Positions 48,281-54,986 of a DNA stretch of 54,986 nt are shown here, piece by piece. A program made the translations under genes and the position numbers. Position 1 is the first letter of the stretch. Each line of letters opens with the position of its first letter. Below the pieces are notes generated by a model. That model saw only the letters and a list, made by a program, of their open reading frames with translations. It was not told where the DNA came from and did no database searches. Source of the DNA: Nemertoderma westbladi (taxonomy: Eukaryota; Animalia; Xenacoelomorpha); assembly GCA_032718475.1 (NCBI GenBank), contig JAUCBJ010005442.1:1-54986 (forward strand), read 5' to 3'.

Positions 48281-49594
48281 AACACATCACACAAATTGGA
48301 TTACTATAAAAGCAACTTATTTAAAATCATCTTCAATCAATTCAGCACCTTAGAAAACCTTATGATATAAAAAAAAATTCATTCGATTTTTTTGAGGTAA
48401 TAGAGATGGTTCTGAATTAACCAGGTTGGACCCTGAGCTAACGAGGGTGGCCCTCTGAATTAACGAGTGAGGACCCTGAGTTAATAACAGTGTTCCCTGG
48501 ATTAATAAAAAATAATTAGCACCAAAATTAATAACAAAATAAAACACCAAAAATACAATACAAGCAAATACAGAATACTCAAATTAACAAAAAAAAGTCA
48601 AAAAAAAGTATTATTTAATAAAAAATTTAATATTGAACTTTTAAAGCTGTACTTAATTACAAAGAAAACCCCATGAAGATGTATTCCAATTACAATTGTT
48701 CAATCCCAGTGACTTTTGGAACACATCAGACATATCAGAGAGCATTATAAGTGTTGTTTCCTTGCACGAAAATTATTCTTCTTGATAAATTATGTGTACA
48801 ATTTTTTTCTAACATATTTAAACAATCAAAAGTGTGGAATCGGTAGTCAATAGTCATACAACAATTTTGGGAACATTTATTTTTTTGGGTGGGGGGGGGG
48901 GGGGGGGCACTGTGGGGCTGAACCAAATAAAAATGCCCAAACTATCTGATTTCCGTTTTGGTATACTTCAACACCCTGGTTTCGACCCTGATATTTTTAA
49001 AATCTTTTGCTGGTGTCTTTTTCTTAAAATTACTAAATAAATTAGTAATACTATTTATAATAATGCTATATATATTATAAATAATGCTCAGACCAAATTA
49101 TAGCATTATTACCGAGAATTTCAATCAACCTGATTTTGAATCTGTCAATTGTATAATATTTCGTCGGTGTCTTTTAGAGTAATTAAATAAATTAAATATT
49201 AAATAATATTAATATTATATTAGCAAACTGGCTATTATATTCAATTGTAGTGAAGTCAACTTACCGTACTGCTATTGCATTGATATTAGTATCATTCAAA
49301 CAGCAATGGTCGATTTAGTGGGGGTAGACACCATCGAGATATCGGTCAAAATGTGAGCGCGATTCACATAAATAAACAAATAACTTCAGCAATTCAATAT
49401 CAATATATCACAATATCACAAAAAATATCAATTTTTTTATACTACTATTGTTTTGATGGAGTCTACAATTCCCTGCAAACATTTTGACGTTAATTTAACG
49501 TTAATTTACGTTAATATTCTACCATTCCAACTTTATTTTTAAACGTGTCCTTACGTTAAATTAACGTATTATTGGCCGGGGTTACTACGTTAAA

Positions 49595-49892
49595 TAAATA
49601 CGTTAAAAAAATACGTCAATAATACGTTAAAAAAATACGTCACTAATACGTTAAAAAAATACGTCAATAATACGTTAAAAAAATACGTCAATAATACGTT
49701 AAAAAAATACGTCACTAATACGTTAAAAAAATACGTCAATAATACGTTAAAAAAATACGTCAATAATACGTTAAAAAAATACGTCACTAATACGTTAAAA
49801 AAATACGTCAATAATACGTTAAAAAAATACGTCAATAATACGTTAAAAAAATACGTCACTAATACGTTAAAAAAATACGTCACTAATACGTT
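49595..49892. repeat. 21-bp minisatellite (AATACGTTAAAAAAATACGTC-like) with AAT/ACT variants
   Basis: Homogeneous tandem units; the variants alternate in a 3-unit higher-order pattern. Confidence 0.9.
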
Positions 49893-50787
49893 ATTTTTAT
49901 TCAAAAGCATAAAAATGTTCAAGTTTGAGATTTACTTCATGGACCACAGCGGCAGTTAGTTGGTGTACCTGCCTGCAAACACAAGGGAGTGGGGGGGGGG
50001 GGGGGGGCTAACCCTAACCTACACAGCCTACGCCTACGCTCCTACACCTACTCTATACCTTAGGAGTGGAACTTTCAATGCATTTAGGCAAAATAAATAT
50101 CGGATTATTTCTGAGAAGAATTATGATGACTTTGATCAATTGCTAAGAAATTTGTTTAGATTCATATAAAATACTATCACATAACTATTTGGCCTCTACG
50201 TTAGATAAATCATTTGATTAAATTATTTAAATGTATTAGTTTAGCAAACAATTTAATTGATAATTTAAAATTAAATTATTTATTATTAAATTAATTTATT
50301 ATTATTATTATTATTATATTTAATATTATTATTAAATTAAATTAATTATTAAATTAATAAACATTTAGAGTCTGACGTCATTTAACGTTAGACTAGCGAT
50401 TTTTGCAGACACTGGGTGTAGAATGAAACCAATTTATTGTTTGTATATCTACTGTAGGGCCTATCAAACTCACCAATCATTTCAAGATGGTAACGAACGG
50501 TGTTTATTTTATTTAGCCACTTACACTGAATAAACGTAGTGACGTTTTTATATAAATAAATGGCATTTGAAATAATTTGCCCGGAATAAAAAATACTTCA
50601 AAGCTAAATTTACGGTATATCGGTAATATCAATAGGTATAAAGTTTTGTAGGGTGTATGTAACGATATTAATAATTAACTGTATAGTAACACAATAAGAA
50701 TATTTGACTGTCTTCAATTATCGAAAAACATAAAGCAACTTGTGTCATATACTACTGTATAATAGCCATCACCATTCGCTTTATTTA

Positions 50788-51310
50788 TCAATGCTGAACC
50801 GTTGGAAGGGCATCACCATCTTCCACTCCAATGTTCCTCAAATCCAAAATTCCTTCACTCCAATGTTCGTGTCCGGGACGAGCGAAAACAGGCACATGTT
50901 GCGCGGAACACAGCAAACGATAGTAGTGCTCGCACCCATCCCGTAACTCGGGAATAAAGCTTACCCCAATTCTCAGCGAGGATCTCGGCAAGTCGAGCCT
51001 GGGTCCTCGCGTATTCTGGCGCGAGTACCCCATCCACGCTGACCACACCAGAGGGGTGAAGTCTTCCTGACGAAGGGAGCAGGCCTCCGAATACTTGGCC
51101 TTATGTGTCTCAGCATCACGCAGCACCGGAACTACTGTACGAGGCTCGTATGAGGGGGCATCGGAGTCAATGACTCGGGCATCAAATAATGCCCTCCTCT
51201 GAGGCTGCCAATAGCCACGGACACTGAGATCAGCACGAAGACCTGGCGCACCCTCATCATCTCTCCTCATCCGTCTCTCGAATTACAGGCTCGCGTGAGA
51301 TGCATGAACC
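50788..51310 (-). pseudogene. 3' fragment of a REL-endonuclease (CRE-like) non-LTR retrotransposon
   Basis: RADLSVRGYWQ...ALFDARVIDSDAPSY...KYSEAC...FTPLV, frameshifted to SVDG...W.R..LSFAVFRA, a typical PD-(D/E)xK REL C-terminus. Confidence 0.7.
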
Positions 51311-51529
51311 TGAGAATGTGAGACTGAACAGGTCTCCCTGAGAATCTGTAAGGGTGTATGTATATTGATTAAATAAACCTCAATAAACAAAACGATAACA
51401 AATTAATACCAAAATTGAATGAAATATTCAATATTGCATCGTTATAAATTCAATAATATTGCACATCCCAATTATATATTGAAGAACATGTAAACTAATT
51501 AATATTGTAGTTACAGTAGTTATATTATG

Positions 51530-52152
51530 GGAGTACAAAATAAAGACCTAAGACCCAACACATTAAGACCAATGACCCTTCAAAAGTAAGACCCCCCTTT
51601 CCCCACCCTGGTACAAAAGTAAAACCCCCTGGTACAAATGTAAGACCCCCCAGGTACAAACGTAAGACCCCCCCACCCCACCCCCCCCCCCCCCCCCCCA
51701 AGGTACAAAAATAAGACCCCCTGGTACAAATGTAAGACCCCCAGGTACAAACGTAAGACCCACCCCAGGTAAACAAATAAGACTTCCCAGGTACAAAAGT
51801 AAGACTTCCCAGGTACAAAAGTAAGACACCCACCAGGTACAAAAGAAAGACCCCCTGGTACAAATGTAAGACCCCCAGGTACAAACATAAGACCCAGCCC
51901 AGGTACAAAACAGAGACTTCCCAGGTACAAAAGTAAGACATCCCAGGTACAAAAGTAAGACTCCCCTCAGGTACAAAAGTAAGACACCCCAGGTAGAAAA
52001 GTAGTGTAAGACCCCCCAGATACAAAAGTAAGACCCCCCTGGTACAAAAGTAAGACCCACCTGGTACAAAAGTAAGACTCCCGGGTACAAAAGTAAGACC
52101 CCCAGGAACAAAAGTAAGACCCCCCCCCCCAGGTACAAAAGGAAGACCCCCA
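51530..52152. repeat. ~21-22-bp minisatellite (CCAGGTACAAAAGTAAGACCC)
   Basis: Long tandem array that stops at the hAT terminus. Confidence 0.9.
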
Positions 52153-52153
52153 C

Positions 52154-54986
52154 TAGGGTGGAGTGAAAAAAACTTTTTTTCGAATTTCTAACTCTACCAT
52201 CGTGGAAAAGTTGTGAAACCATGTAAAAATAACTTTGTCCAAGTTTCATTGAATTTGGTTAATGTCTTCACGGTTCTCAAGGGCACCAAAATTTGAAATA
52301 ATGGGGTCCGTAAACACAAAATTTCAATTTTTCAGTTTCCTTTTAAACATAATTGTTTTGACTTCTACCACAAATTTATATGTCATATGGATCAAGCAGA
52401 CATAAATACCATCAACAATTTTTAAATTTGTATGACTTGAAACGCTTCTCAATTGGATTCAAAATGTTACAAAATTGCGTATTTTCGATACATTTTATTA
52501 ATTATATTATCATTATATTAGACAGTATCACATTCACTCACATTGGCCTAATTAATTCAAACAATAGTCACCAGTATAATGAAATGTACAAATCAGCTAC
52601 ACAGTTATTCAATACACAAGCCTAGGATTAGATTCTACCTTACTTACAACAGTATTACATAGTTTAATATTTCGCACTATAGGATTGATCAGCAAGTAAT
52701 GTACCTAGAAATTTTATATCGCAAATTTGTCTAGTCTTAGTAATCACATAATCTTTTTTGGTCTCAAACTTCGGAATTAGTTCACGGGATTCCAGAGTTG
52801 CTCGAATGTATCCATCCCTTCTAATATATCCTGTTACTTTAGTAGATGCCTCTGAGACGAGTTTCACTGCTCGCTCAACACTTTGTGAGTGGCAGGGATA
52901 CAAAGGAAAATCAATAATATCACCAGAATTTATCAGCTCCTTCAGAGTATCCTGAGTGTAGTTCAGAAGAAGTGGAGGAACTGTCTTTTCGACTGAGGCC
53001 CAATTAACCAGATCATAGTACTCCATGGCATTAAAATTTAAGGCAGGTGGAAAGAACTGTCTGATAATCAGATTTGATTGATCCATTTTGTCATATTCCA
53101 CCTTTGCACTGAGAATGCGACGATAGCCAAGCTGACGAACATGCTTTCTTTCATCCTTAATCATAGATAGCAATATGTTCTCTGGATGCCCAAAATATCC
53201 ATTTCTTTGAATAACTCCCTGGACCAGTTCATTCAGATCCTGAGGTAGATGATACCTGCAGTATTCTATCATTGAAGCTAAGTGATAGGGTCCAAAATAA
53301 TACTCCCATTTAGTTTTTATTTCAAACCATAGAGGGACATAAACACGGACAATAAAAGTTGTCATAGTGATTAGCTCAGAAGTTGGTTCTGCTGTAGAAA
53401 TATAAAGGCGCAGTACACGGCTTGCAAGCGTGAGCCACCTGGAATGGCTAATAGGACCTGGTGTCATCATGGCTAATTCTTCTGGACAGTTTCCAGATTT
53501 AACAGAATTAGTTAGTTTGTATATATATCTTTGATCCGTGCTGAGATCCTTATAATATTCATCTAGAATAATGGGTAAATCGGGACCATCAATTATGGGC
53601 TGAAACATTGCAACTTGTTGTTTATGACAGTCATGGAGCTGTTTTCCAATTGGGCCACTGAATGACTTGGGCCCCGATGTGGTGCCATCCAGATAGCAGA
53701 ATACATGTCTTAAAGGCAATTCATTCGCATGCAACAAGCATACAAACCAACACACTGCATGATTTATAGCAGATACCTCCAAAAGGCGAATAACACCGCC
53801 ACGTAAGCCAGTATTCACGCTTGTACCATCGCATCCAATGGATTCAATGCAACTCATATCAAGTTTATTTCTATCAAAGTATTCGGAAATAGAATTTGCA
53901 ATATCAATGGCTTTCTCAGAAGATGGTGATGTATGTCCAAAATACTTAAGAGTTTGGCTGTTCAACTAGAGATATATGGGATTCATTTTCAGTAATTGGA
54001 TACAATTTTGATCCTGTTTGGATTTGAGTTCTAGTAGCATCCTTCTTGCCATCAAAATATAGACCTTTAACATTTTCTAGACATCCCTGTAGCTCAACTC
54101 TATGCTTCTCTCTCTGCCTGCGAAGTAAGCTACGATCCACAATATGTTCTGGATTTCTGTTTGTGACTTGCCCGTAATCTTCTAGGACAGCAGTTGCAAT
54201 TGCAGCTCCTCCACGATCAGATACATTATATCTGTCACATTCTCTAGCTAAAGCAGATAAACTTGGTCGCAATTTCTTCGCTGGTACATTATGTTGGAAT
54301 TCACTATCAGAATTGTAATTGCTTATGCTGGAATCAGAATCTGAAGTATCACTTCTTGGATTAGGAACTGATGAAGTTTCTGTGGCTATATTTATGGGAT
54401 TACCATGCCACTTTCTTTCAAACCGTTTAGTTAGTTGCCTTGAAACTGCAACATCTAATCCACCAATAACCATGGATCTATCAGTTCGCTGGTCAGTGAG
54501 AAACTCTCTCTCGATTACGGGCACTTTTTGAAGTTTGATGCAGTTACATTCCTCTAGGTTGGGGCAACGGCATGCGGCAATATCAAACAACTTTTCGGAA
54601 TTCCTTCTAAATTCGTTGAGTTTATCTTTTATTGTTTCTGTACTGAAACGGGCTTTAACATTTCTGACTGTTGACTGATACTGATCGTGGTATCTCTGTA
54701 TCTTCTGCGCTACCTTATAGATGTTAATTGTTGGGATTGATGCACGATCCCAAATAGAAACAACCTGATCAGCCACCCTTTTTGCCATATCAACTGTTCT
54801 TGGCTGTATTGCTGATCCACCTTTAATTTCTCTTCTCCTAAAAAGATAACACACAATAACATCCTTGTATGTTGGGAGTACATTATTGTTCAATTCCTTG
54901 AGACGCCCAAAAACATCACTCTCGCCTATACTTCTAGTGATATGGAAATCAACTTGGCTCATGGAAGGACCTGGGTTGTCAGACAT
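52154..54986 (-). mobile_element. hAT-superfamily DNA transposon (hATx/hATm-like); other end outside the window
   Basis: Terminus TAGGGTGG at 52154 and a transposase ORF. Confidence 0.65.
52664..54986 (-). pseudogene. DDE transposase with a single frameshift near 53950
   Basis: GLYFDGKKD, IGCDGTSVNTG, CLLHANELPLRH, HSRWLT, PCHSQSVERAVK; one extra base interrupts EQPNS/KYFGH. Confidence 0.8.

Noticed and set aside
47913-52249. ORFs at 47913-48290, 49590-49922 and 51525-52249
   Set aside because: They are translations of stop-free minisatellites.

Overview
Eukaryotic, transposon-dense window with no recognisable host gene. It is dominated by three related BEL/Pao LTR retrotransposons. Element A (+, 1444-18028) is full length and recent, with two ~1.9-kb LTRs and a TAGAC target-site duplication, and is inserted into the protease region of element C (-, <1 to ~25.1 kb). 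Element B (-, ~27.14-40.57 kb) is a decayed relative of A that has lost its integrase and 3' LTR and carries a piggyBac-like MITE and an RTE-like LINE. The right third holds a hairpin-rich LTR-like segment, a truncated Ty3/Gypsy pol, three minisatellites, a CRE-like endonuclease fragment and a frameshifted hAT-type transposase. Comparing A with B suggests an unusual, complex-retrovirus-like BEL/Pao lineage. Shared features are a non-env ORF3 behind conserved splice signals and a micro-exon, about 10 dispersed copies per element of a 20-nt palindrome, a covarying RNA structure after pol, and a tRNA-like Pol III unit in U3. A also has TA...TA termini and no tRNA primer-binding site. All comparisons were made by eye and all functional interpretations are hypotheses.
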